64,000 nucleotides of DNA from Heptranchias perlo (Eukaryota): assembly GCF_035084215.1 (NCBI RefSeq), contig NC_090330.1:28582001-28646000 (forward strand), in the 5' to 3' direction. Below the pieces are notes generated by a model. That model was not told the origin of the DNA. It saw only the letters and a list, made by a program, of their open reading frames with translations, and ran no database searches. A program made the translations under genes and the position numbers. Below, in pieces: positions 14,282-25,695 of this stretch; the first letter of the stretch is position 1, and each line of letters starts with the position of its first letter.

Positions 14282-15809
14282 AGCTATTGAGGTTAGGTCA
14301 ATTGAAAATTTCATTTTGAGATTGATAAGATTTTTGTTAGGCAAGGGTATTAGGGCTTACAGAACCAAGGTGGGTAGATGGAGTTAAGATGCAGATCAGC
14401 CATGATCTAATTGAGTGGTGGAACAGGTTCAAGGGGCTGAATGGCCTACTCCTGTTTCTATGATTGTGCCCCTGTGGGACTTGGTTTATCTGGCCTACTT
14501 CAAATAGAGTCCCTTCATTATATTTGTACAGCTCATATTTCAGGTTCCATTGTTATTTGCTTACATTTACAAGTCCTTAGTCGCCCATTTAATTGAGGTA
14601 GCTTCCTTTTGAATGCTATCAGTCTTTCTTGTACGTGTCAACTGATATTGGGGTTAGTATCATTAGCAAATTTTCATAACTCATGATGTACTCATCTCTA
14701 TATTGCCCTAGAACAGAATCCTGCAGAACTCCACTAGTCACTGCCTCCAGCTAGAGCTTTTTCCACTTACCAACCGTCTGCACTTTATTGCTATGCCATT
14801 TTAATCCAATGAACTAATTTGTTATTACTAATATGGACCTTAATCCTCATTCTAATACTCATAGAATTACATGTAAATTACAACACAGAAACAGGCTGTT
14901 CGGCCCAACCAGTCAGTGTTGGTATTTACGCTCCACTGGGGCAGTAACCCTGATCCCGAGAGGGTTATATTGGATAACCCCTGAAACCGGGCGTGGGGGT
15001 AGTGGTGCGCGATTAACCTGCGTCCGGTCATTGAGATGCATGCAGCACATAACATTCGTGCTGCCTGGTAATTTACCTGATTGCTGCGAGCAGCCAGGTC
15101 TAGCTGCGCTGTTGAGTGGCTGCTGCAGGGGGCCCAGATATCTTGTGTGGTTAGCACCACTTAAAGGCACACTGCACCTCTTATTTGCAAAATACAGGAT
15201 ACGGGTCAGCACAAAGTCCGAATGGAGATCAGACATCGCACACGTAAAACACAAATGTAGGTCTCTTTCCTATGTTTACAAACTGTGTTATTTTAAAACA
15301 TTGAATAAAGGTTGCGCACTACTAAATCCCACATCCTCCAATCTGCATGCTAAACCCCACCAATCTGCTGATCTGAGTTTCTACCGGACTTGCAAGAGCG
15401 CGTGCACCAAGGTTCTCTAATGTTGCACTAGAGGCCTTGGTGCAAGTGGTAGACAGAAGGAGGGGCATCCTATATCCGCAGGGAGGGGGGGAGTGGGGTG
15501 GGGGGCAAGAAGCCCTCCAGACATATGCTCCCAAGGCAGTGGGAATTGGCAGGGGATGAAGTCAATGTCAGGCGTATAGCACCACCAGCATGGATGCTGT
15601 GCAGGAAGAAGTTGCTTTAATGCTTTGACCCGAATGGTCACGATGAGTGAGGTGAAATGTCAAATAGGATCTCCTTCCAACTGCACCTCTAGCAGCATCC
15701 ACTGCTCCACGCTCTACATCCCCATCACCCACTTACCAACAAACTCTTTTAATCAGTACTCAACTCTTCCAATCCGATGCTTCTTCTCACCCTCACACAT
15801 TACCAATGT
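14282..15809 (+). repeat. Local segmental duplication of 22208-23498
   Basis: near-identical text (ORFs 14833-15420 and 22521-23108); this copy has ~240 extra bp (~14561-14800). Confidence 0.95.
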
Positions 15810-18189
15810 CTCCTCCAAGGGGGTGAGGTCGTGTAGGTGTGCCTGTCCTCCCTCAGATCTCTCCTGCTGCCAGCTGTTGTGTGCCACCTTCTCCTGCAAG
15901 ACAGAGGGCAGTGTGTCAGTGAGTATCCTGCAAGGTGTCTGGGTGATGTGCCTATCATGGTTGAATAGCTGCCAGTGTGTGTGACCTGTGAGTGGTGGTT
16001 ATGTGGCCTGCAAGTATGGAACTATGTGCGGGTGAGATGTAGTATGCCAAGTGCAGCATTGCATATGAATGGGCAGTGTTTGTTGGTGGTTGGGTGATGG
16101 GGGGTGTGATGCATGGAGCAGTGGTGCAGTTGGTAGGATGTGCCACTTGACACTTGCATTCACTCACCTTGACCACTCGTGCCAAATCATTGAACTTCTT
16201 TCGGCACCGCACCCACTTGCATGGTGCTATGCTCCTGGCGTTCACTTCCTGGGCCACAGCCTCCCAATGCCTGCCGAGCTGGAGTCTGGAGGGTCTTCTG
16301 CCACCCTCGGGGTACATGTTGGCCCTCCTTTCGTCCACCCTTTCCACCAGGGCCTCCAGTGCATCATCGGAGAAGTGTGGGGCCCGCTCTCGCAACTGTC
16401 CCGCCATCCTTCTGGCCATCTCTCCCTCCTCCCATTGGACTGTGCATGTGCCATTTAAAATGTGCACCTACACCTTTAAGATTTAACCCCCTGTGATTCT
16501 AATGCATTGTCATACACACTTCTCAGTTTAACTTGCATGTGCTACCTGCACACCCATTCTACTAACCTGTCTGTCACCTTGAAGTCTTTTACAGTTCTCC
16601 TCCCTATTTGCCAAACCTCTTTTGTAAATAGATTTAGAATACTTCTCGCATGACCACAAGGCAAACATTTCCCAGATTTTTTTCCCCCAAATTGGCCTCT
16701 ATTTTTATCTTTTTTTTGCCTCTCCCAGGAGATCACATGGTTTTGGGTGGGGTGGCGAGTGTATATATTGTGATGCACTAGGTATCACAATTGTGTGGGC
16801 CAGGCTGGATGGACCAGAGGAGTCGGTTCCTGTCTGTCATTGTTTGTGTGTTCTTTGAACATTATAGGATACATCTTGAATTTCAAATGGTCTTGGGTGT
16901 AAAGAAACTACTCAATTACTGGAAGCTATGCAAAAGTTGTGTAGAATTTATTTACAACATTAATTGTTTCAGGCTGGTTAGGTCTGTATTGGTAAGATCT
17001 TCCGGATTGATATTGTGATTCATACAGCTACTGGGCTTAAGAAATTGAATAAATTATGGTGATGTGGTCACCTTCAAAAACAGAAACTTTTGGATTAGTT
17101 ATGTTGAAGCTCAACGGTAAGTGATTTGCGTTAGGGATTATCCCTACAAACTGCAATAGACGCCAACCATTATGCAGCCTTGTTTACAATTGTCAACCCC
17201 AGTCCATCACCGGCATCTCCACATCATACTTCTTTAACTGGCTGAATTATTGCTGAATCAAACCTTTTTTTGGTAAGATATAATAATGCTGTGGTGGGCT
17301 ACTTAAGTTCAGTAAAGAACAATTAAATAATTACCACTAAAAGTAAACTCTTAGAGTGAATTTTATAAACTATCAGTTTTCCATTGGGCACACTGGTTGG
17401 TACAGTAATGATGGTCAAGTGAGTGCCTTCTGGTTCAGTGTATGGTGAGGTAGTGCCCTGGAATCTGGATGTCAGGTTGCTCAAATGTAAGTATTTCAAG
17501 GCAATATCCACAAACCAAAGCATAAAATGATAACAAGTTTTCTATCTTTTGTTGCCGACTACATATCTTATCCATTAAGGTTTGTGGGAAAATATAACAT
17601 AAAGGGGAAGACACAGGCACAGGAAGATGAACCTGTCTCCGCTTCTGTCATCATTAGGGACTTTGTAGGCTATACTGTTCCACAATAGCCTCCTCTAGTG
17701 ATATCAGCATTTTGATCTATGGCCTATCAGCAATAGTCTTTCAAACCATGTGATTAAAACCCAGTGTTTGCTTGTTTTATTTTCTTTACCTCATGGAACC
17801 TTTTCCTGACCTATTGCCAGGTTCTACAATATTGACCCAGTTCTCCTCCCAAGCTTCCTTTCTTGTGAGTGCATTTTTGGGAGGAGGGGAGGGCAACATG
17901 TACCTGAATTATATATTACAGCCTTCTGGGCTAGCACTACTTCTACAATCAAATTAACCATAACAATGGTAAATTGTGCCTTTGTTGTAGATTCTTCAGC
18001 TGTGGTTCTGAAGCATTTGATCAGAAATATATTAGTGAACATCTAATTCTTATAGGAGTGTAGAGAGTTCATTTCCTACTTGTTAAAATGCTAAAGTGGG
18101 ATAACTACAGGTCTATTCTGATTGTTCACAAAGTTAGCAAATGGTAATGGACGAAGTGGGGCTGCTGTGAAGAAACTTTCAGATACAGC

Positions 18190-18440
18190 AGGGCAGTAAA
18201 ACAAGAAGGCACAAGTTCAGGATATGGAAGGGTAAATTTAGGACAGACATTAGGAAGTATTTCTTTACACAGAAGGTGATCAACAACTGGAACAGGTGCG
18301 AGGAAGAATGGTTGATGCTAGGATACAACTAGATGCTGTAATGGGAAGAAGGGAAGATTGCTATTTTGGAATGATTGGTATTCCAGAAGGATGGAATCAA
18401 ATGGCTCAAAAGGTCTCAATCTTCCAAAAATATCTTTTGA
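18190..18440 (+). mobile_element. Old CR1 3' fragment
   Basis: aaaacaagaaggcacaag...aggaagtatttctttacacagaaggtgatc CR1 C-terminal signature. Confidence 0.65.
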
Positions 18441-18625
18441 CTGTATTCTAACTATAAAGTATGCAGTATGCTCCTGTGGAAGCTGGTTTCACTGCAAAGG
18501 CAGCATGATTTCACCCCCCTCCGCCCCCAATTTGATGCTGTTGAAGCAAATACGAATCTCCAGTAAAAAAAATACCTATGAGATGTTATGTTGGAAGTTT
18601 GGTTGAATTGAATTTAAAAGAATTT

Positions 18626-18798
18626 GGGGTACATTTTCATCTTCGGCCTGGGCATTAACCTGGGATCACCCGCCCACTGTAGAACCCAACTTATTTTCAT
18701 TCTGTTGATTTCAACGGAACAAAAATAGGGTGAGTTCTAAAATTGCCAATCTGTTCTGCCAGATTACCACCATGGAAAAGAAGGTGAAATTTCACCCC
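18626..18798. mobile_element. Palindromic MITE (~175 bp)
   Basis: imperfect TIR ggggtacattttcatctt / aaggtgaaatttcacccc and internal hairpin around ctgttgatttcaacgg; partial relative near 21305-21435. Confidence 0.7.
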
Positions 18799-19016
18799 AA
18801 CATCTTTTCCATGTTTATCAGAGATTTTAACCAATATAATTATGCGATCATATAGCTTTGAATTTAGATTTGATCCTCATGTTACCAGCGGTGCAGAACA
18901 GGTGCTTTGTTTCACAAATTGAGACTTTAGAGGGAAGAGTGCAAGCAGCTGAGTGCAATTTAGTGTAAAATGTATAGTACTGTATTATGCAAAGTTTCTT
19001 ACAGCTGGTTTGTGCT

Positions 19017-20517
19017 ATCATAGAATCATAGAATGGTTACGGCACAGAAGGAGGCCATTCGGCCCATCGAGCCTGCGCCAGCTCTCTGCAAGAGCAATCC
19101 AGCTAGTCCCACTCCCCCGCTCTTTCCCCGTAGCCCTGCAAATTTTTCGCCTTCAGGTACCTATCTAATTCCTTTTTGAAAGCCACAATTGACCCTGCTT
19201 CCACCACCCTTTCAGGCAGTGCATTCCAGATCCTAACCACTCACTGCATAAAAAAGCTTTTCTTCATGTCACCTTTGGTTCTTTTGCCAATCACCTTAAA
19301 CTTGTGTCCTCTGGTTCGGGGCCCTTCCGCCAGTGGGAACAGTTTTTCATTATTTACCTTGTCTAGACCCTTCATGATTTTGAACACCTCTATCAAATCT
19401 CCTCTCAACCTTCTCTGCTCTAAGGAGAACAATCCCAGCTTTTCCAGTCTATCCACGTAACTGAGGTCCCTCATCCCTGGAACCATTCTAGTAAATCTTT
19501 TCTGCACCCTCTCTAAGGCCTTCACATCCTTCCTAAAGTGCGGTGTCCAGAATTGGACACAATACTCCAATTGTGGCCGAACCAGTGTTTTATAAAGGTT
19601 CAACATAACATCCTCGCTTTTGTATTCTATGCCTCTATTTATAAAGCCCAGGATCCCCTATGCTTTCTTAATTGCTTTCTCAACCTGTCCTGCCACCTTC
19701 AATGATCTGTGTACATATATCCCCAGGTCTCTCTATTCCTGCACCCCCTTTAGAGTTGTACCCTTTAGTTTATACTGCCTCTCCTTGTTCTTCCTACCAA
19801 AATGTATCACTTCACATTTCTCAGCATTAAATTTCATCTGCCACATGTCCGCCCATTCCACGAGCCTGGCTATGTCCTCTTGAAGTCTATCGCTATCCTT
19901 CTCACTGTTTACTACACTTCCAAGTTTTGTGTCATCTGCAACTTTTGAAATTGTGCCCTGTACACCCAAGTCCAAGTCATTAATATACATCAAGAAAAGA
20001 AGTGGTCCCAGTACCGACTGCTGGGGAACACCACTCTATACCTTCCTCCAGTCTGAAAAACAGCTGTTCACCACTACCTTCTGTTTCCTATTACTTAACA
20101 AATTTCGTATCCATGTTGCCACTGCCCCTTTTATTCCATGGGCTTCAATTTTATTGACAAGCCTATTATGTGGCACTTTATCAAACGCCTTTTGGAAGTC
20201 CATATACACAACATCAACTGCATTGCCCTCATCAACCCTCTCTGTTACCGCATCAAAAAACTCAATCAAGTTAGTCAAACACAATTTGCCTTTAACAAAT
20301 CTGTGCTGACTTTCCTTTATTAATCCACACTTGTCCAAGTGACCATTAATTTTGTCCCGGATTATTGTTTCTAAAAGCTTCCCCATGACTGAGGTTAAAC
20401 TGACTGGCCTGAAGTTGCTGGGTTTATCTTTACATCCTTTTTTTGAACAAGGTGTAACATTTGCAATTCTCCAGTCCTCTGACACCACGCCTGTGTCTAA
20501 GGAGGATTGGAAGATTG
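19017..20517 (-). mobile_element. CR1 LINE, 5'-truncated
   Basis: RPVSLTS, CLTNLIEFF, VYMDFQKAFDKVPH, ADDTKL motifs; (atagaatc) tail. Confidence 0.95.
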
Positions 20518-21761
20518 TATAGCTGTATGAAACGATTAATGTACTTTTGCAGGGATTATTCTAAAAATTACAAATCAAGCATCCAGAGCCTGAAGGTTAA
20601 AAGACTTTGTTGTCCTAAACCAGCAGCTGAGACTGTGTGACTTTGATTGATAATGACTCAAATATAGTTGCACTGTCCTAATTACAAAAATGTGTTCTAT
20701 ACGCCTGACTGCAGTGTTTTTAGCTTGAAAGGCACCTTCTGTTAAAGTCACTGGGCCATTAAAATACAGTATATTTGAACAAGAATAGATCATTATGACT
20801 CTTTGACTTTTGGAAACTTTTGATATCATTATGTATTATTATATGTTGTGCTCAGTAGTTTAGTAACTGAATTTTCAGTTTCAAAAACAAATATCAGTTA
20901 ACACCGTCATGTCAACTAAATTGTTGTAGACGTCATGTCAATCAAGGGAACCAAAATCTTATACAATACTCCTTCATTGTACAATGTTGGTTCTTGGGAG
21001 ACAAGAATATTCCGCGTTCTAGTAAAGTACATGATCGATATTGTGGGTATCATTTAATGTAAAGTGATGTAGCATATATCATGAAAAAGTCAAGGATACT
21101 TTTAATTGAGAGCTAAAGAATTAGCCAATAGGCTATTTTAAATTGTGCTTCTTAATTTTGGTCAAGGAAGGCTTGTCAGAATATTTTAATTAAACATTTC
21201 GGCCTGCGAGCTGTTTTCATCATGTTAGCTGTTTGTGGTCTTGTACATGACTGACAAATGTGAGTTGTTTTTAAATGTATCAACTTTATTAGTTAATAGC
21301 CACTAGGGTAATTTGTCTTCACTGCCTGGGCGGTAATCTGGCCAGTGCTGGTATTTAACCAGAAATGCCTGCCCTTTGTAGAACCCGAGCAATTTTCATT
21401 CTACTGGGCAAGTTCTACAAGGAGCGGGTGATCCACAGATTGGAAGACCACCTGGTGGGTCTGTTCCAGAGCACAGTCAAGGCTGTCCAGGATACATAGG
21501 ATTGCCAGCAAGCTTCCTCTGACTGCTTGCCCATATTTCAAGCAATACTTTGTGCCCAGGAGGCCTTTGAGCATGAATATGTGGTGCCTAGCAATTTATT
21601 GGATGCCTTCTTTGACTGGTGGACACCACATGGAATCCTTATTCTAATTTCCCTGACTTCACCATTCTAATTTAATTTTATTCTAATAACGAGTTTGGGT
21701 ACACCAAACCTACCGTGAAGAAATATTAAGAGAAGACACTACAAGTGCAAAAAATAATTTT

Positions 21762-22390
21762 AAAAGGCTAACGGAATGTTGGCCTTTATCTCAAGGGGGC
21801 TGGAATACAAAGGAGTGGAAGTTATGTTACAGTTATATAAAGTTCTGGTTAGACCCCATTTAGAGTACTGCATTTAGAGTTCTGGGCCTGTTCTGGCCTT
21901 GGAAGGGGTGCAGTGCAAATTCACCAGAATGATACTCGGGCTAAAAGCGTTAAATTATGAGGACAGGTTGCATAGACTAGGCTTGTATTCACTTGAGAAT
22001 ATAATATTAAGGGGTGATCTAATTGAGGTGTTTAAGATGATTAAAGGAATTGATAGGATAGATCGAGAGAAACTATTTCCTCTGGTGGGAGAGTCCACAA
22101 CAAGGGGGCATAGCCTTAAAATTAGAGCTAGGCTACTTCAGGGGTGATGTCAGGAAGCACTTCTTCACAAAAAAGGTAGTGGAAATCTGGAACTATCTTC
22201 CCCAAAAAGCTATTCAGGTTAGGTCAATTGAAAATTTCATTTTGAGATTGATAAGATTTTTGTTAGGCAAGGGTATTAGGGCTTAAAGAACCAAGGTGGG
22301 TAGATGGAGTTAAGATACAGATCAGCCATGATCTAATTGAGTGGTGGAACAGGTTCAAGGGGCTGAATGGCGTACTCCTGTTCCTATGAT
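21762..22390 (+). mobile_element. CR1 LINE 3' fragment
   Basis: YEDRLHRLGLYSLE...[10 protein letters not shown]; ctcctgttcctat tail. Confidence 0.9.
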
Positions 22391-22648
22391 TGTGCCCCTG
22401 TGGGACTTGGTTTATCTGGCCTACTTCAAATAGAGTCCCTTCACCTTATTTGTACAGCTCATATTTCATTTTCCATTGTTATTTGTTATTAATCCAATGA
22501 ACTAATTTGTTATTACTAATATGGACCTTAATCCTCATTCTAATACTCATAGAATTACATGTAAATTACAACACAGAAACAGGCTGTTCGGCCCAACCAG
22601 TCGGTGTTGGTATTTATGCTCCACTGGGGCAGTAACCCTGATCCCGAG

Positions 22649-24418
22649 AGGGTTATATTGGATAACCCCTGAAACCGGGTGTGGGGGTAGTGGTGCGCGA
22701 TTAACCTGCGTCCGGTCATTGAGATGCATGCAGCACATAACATTCGTGCTGCCTGGTAATTTACCTGATTGCTGCGAGCAGCCAGGTCTAGCTGCGCTGT
22801 TGAGTGGCTGCTGCAGGGGGCCCAGATATCTTGTGTGGTTAGCACCACTTAAAGGCACACTGCACCTCTTATTTGCAAAATATAGGATACGGGTCAGCAC
22901 AAAGTCCGAATGGAGATCAGACATCGCACACGTAAAACACAAATGTAGGTCTCTTTCCTATGTTTACAAACTGTGTTATTTTAAAACATTGAATAAAGGT
23001 TGCGCACTACTAAATCCCACATCCTCCAATCTGCATGCTAAACCCCACCAATCTGCTGATCTGAGTTTCTACCGGACTTGCAAGAGCGCATGCACCAAGG
23101 TTCTCTAATGTTGCACTAGAGGCCTTGGTGCAAGTGGTGGACAGAAGGAGGGGCATCCTATATCCGCAGGGAGGGGGGGAGTGGGGTGGGGGGCAAGAAG
23201 CCCTCCAGACATATGCTCCCAAGGCAGTGGGAATTGGCAGGGGATGAAGTCAATGTCAGGCATATAGCACCACCAACATGGATGCTGTGCAGGAAGAAGT
23301 TGCTTTAATGCTTTGACCCGAATGGTCACGATGAGTGAGGTGAAATGTCAAGTAGGATCTCCTACCAACTGCACCTCTAGCAGCATCCACTGCTCCACGC
23401 TCTACATCCCCCATCACCCACTTACCAACAAACTCTTTTAATCAGTACTCAACTCTTCCAATCAGATGCTTCCTCTCACCCTCACACATTACCAATGTTG
23501 CAAGCCGCAGACCCGCAACTCACAGGCCACACACACTGGTAGCTATTCAACTATGACAGGAACATCACCCAAACATCTTGCAGGACATTCACCGACTCAC
23601 GCCCCGCTTTCTTGCAGGAGAAGGTGGCGCATAACAGGAGGCAGCAAGTGGCAGTGGCTCCATAGAACATGAACCTGCTGACCTCTTTCAGGATGACAAT
23701 ATTCCTGTCCCACCCCTGCCACTCCGCCAGTGCCCTTGCTGTTGCCTGTCAGCTAGCCAGCCCATTCCCTGTAGAGTATTGAAACTTTATTATAGGAACA
23801 GGAGTGGACCATTTAACTCCTCGAGCATTCAATGAGATTATGGGTGATCTGTGACCTAACTCCATATACCCGCCTTAGCCCCATTTGGTTTAACCTTATG
23901 GTTAACAAAAATCTATCAATCTCAGATTTAAAATTAGCAAGTGAGCTAGCATCAACTGCCGTTTGCGGACGAGTGTTCCAAACTTCTACTACCCTTTGCG
24001 TGTAGAAGCATTTCCTAACTTCACTCCTGCAAGTTCTGGCTCTAATTTTTAGGCTATGTTCCTTAGTCCTAGTATTCAAGTATAGGAGACCTCCAAAAAC
24101 AGGTACAAATGCATCAGCAGCCAGAAGCAATAATCTAGCAACTAACCTGTAACTCCTGCATGATCCCTTTAAATAGCCCTCGTGGGGTTCCTCCATGCTG
24201 TTCAAGACCTGTTCAGCTATGCAAGGTTAAGACAGTGCATTGGCTGGAGCATTGAGTTCCAAAATCGCATATGTCGCTTTCAATCAGTGTTGCACACTGA
24301 TCTACCACATATTCGCCCTACTTTTCATGGTGCCAGCGTTCATTATCTACGCATGCACAAACGCCTGTACCAAGGTACGCCTACAAAACGGGCGCTGCAC
24401 GTCCCAATTTAGCCCCCC
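22649..24418. mobile_element. Internally deleted Harbinger (Myb remnant +, transposase-side end -)
   Basis: ends gggttatattgg / cccaatttagcccc; APRFSNVALEALV...CRKK remnant at 23080-23335; 24090-24418 is the reverse complement of a relative of 11220-11600. Confidence 0.8.
23792..24073 (-). mobile_element. CR1 3' fragment nested in Harbinger
   Basis: ataggaacaggagt tail; HSLKIRAR...FYTQRVVEVWN. Confidence 0.85.
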
Positions 24419-25695
24419 ATGTGTCCTCCACGTTCCAATATCCCTTTATCCCTCTTTCCTTCAACCTTGGTCTCTACTTCAATCACCAACTCCTGTTAGT
24501 ACATTCTACAACCCTCTGTGTTAAAAACATTTAACCTGTTCTATTCTAAATTTTTTACATTTAATCTTATATCTATGTCCCCTTGTTCTAGACTCATCAA
24601 TCACTGGAAACAGTCTGTTTCTATCTACTTTGTTCCATCCCTTCATAATTTAAATACCTCTATCAAATAAGCTTCCTTCAGTCCTCAGAATAACTTACTA
24701 TGCCTCCTATTTTAATGTTGTCTGCAAATTTGGACACCAATCCCTCTAGCTCAATATCCAAATGATTGATATACACAGTGAACGGAAGTAGTACCAGAGT
24801 AGAAGACCACTACCCACTTCCCACCTCTTTGTGAACTGCCCTTAACTCCGCTTCTCTGTTTCCATCCTTCAATTTTTAATGTGGAATTTTATCGTGCCTT
24901 CTGAAAATTTAAGTACATTTATCAACTGGATTTCCCTCATTAATCAATTCATTGACATCTTGAAAGAATTTCAGAAGATTTGTGAAGCACAAAATGTTGC
25001 TTTTTGCCCTGAGTTTCTATAGCATCCTGTAAAATTGAAAATTTTCCCCAATAACAATGCTGCATGGTATATAATTCATGGGTCGATATCTTGTTTGTTT
25101 TGTGAAGGTCAGGATAATATTCACTGTACTGAGGTATTTAGTTGTACCTCCTGTATTTATGGAATTTCCTAAAACATATTGACCAGAGTTTCATCTATTT
25201 ATGCTCTCATTTCCTTAAGGATTCTAGTGTATATCCCCTTTGTCCAGGAACCTTTAGTTTCTTGATTTTTTTTTCATAGCATATATGCTTTACTGATGTC
25301 TACTTGTTTTATAGATTCCTGTGCCAAAATGACAATGTCCAAGCTTTCATTTGTGAAAACTGATATGAATAGTTCATTTAACATCTTTTGTCATTTCTTG
25401 ACCTACAAATTACTACCAGTCTTTTTTCTTGCTATGTACATAGCTTTTTAAAAAAAATGGATCACTCTTGCTGCACTCCATAGTTGGCTTTCTACTGCCC
25501 TGTTACTTCTTCCAGTACCAATTTTAGTTAGCCTTAAATAGCCTCAATCTCAGGAAAGATTGAATAGGCTGGGGCTCTTTTCTCTAGAAAAGAGAAGGCT
25601 GAGGGGTGACCTGATAGAGGTCTTTAAGATTGTGAAAGGGTTTGATAAGGTAGACATGGAGATGTTTCCACTTGTGGGGGAGGCAGACACATCAC

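Larger units (their letters stand above)
12830..16419 (-). pseudogene. Harbinger Myb/SANT-like (trihelix) DNA-binding gene, at least 3 exons
   Basis: exon 1 16419-16168 RAPHFSDDALEALVERV...WEAVAQEVNA...CRKKFNDL|gtgagt; exon 2 from 14175 EKVAHN...LTPLEE; exon 3 from 13863. Confidence 0.85.
11220..16470. mobile_element. Decayed two-gene PIF/Harbinger transposon (transposase +, Myb/SANT gene -, convergent); right TIR not found
   Basis: left end ggggctagaaattggg; HARBI1-like transposase remnants and a spliced Myb/SANT-like gene; interrupted by the insertion at 14266-15807. Confidence 0.9.

Noticed and set aside
14833-15420. 195-aa ORF present twice (also 22521-23108)
   Set aside because: Spans a LINE tail and a Harbinger end; duplicated only because of the local duplication; no recognisable domain
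11708-16419. Domesticated HARBI1/NAIF1/MSANTD host genes
   Set aside because: TIR present, frameshifts and deletions, multiple related copies: transposon remnants
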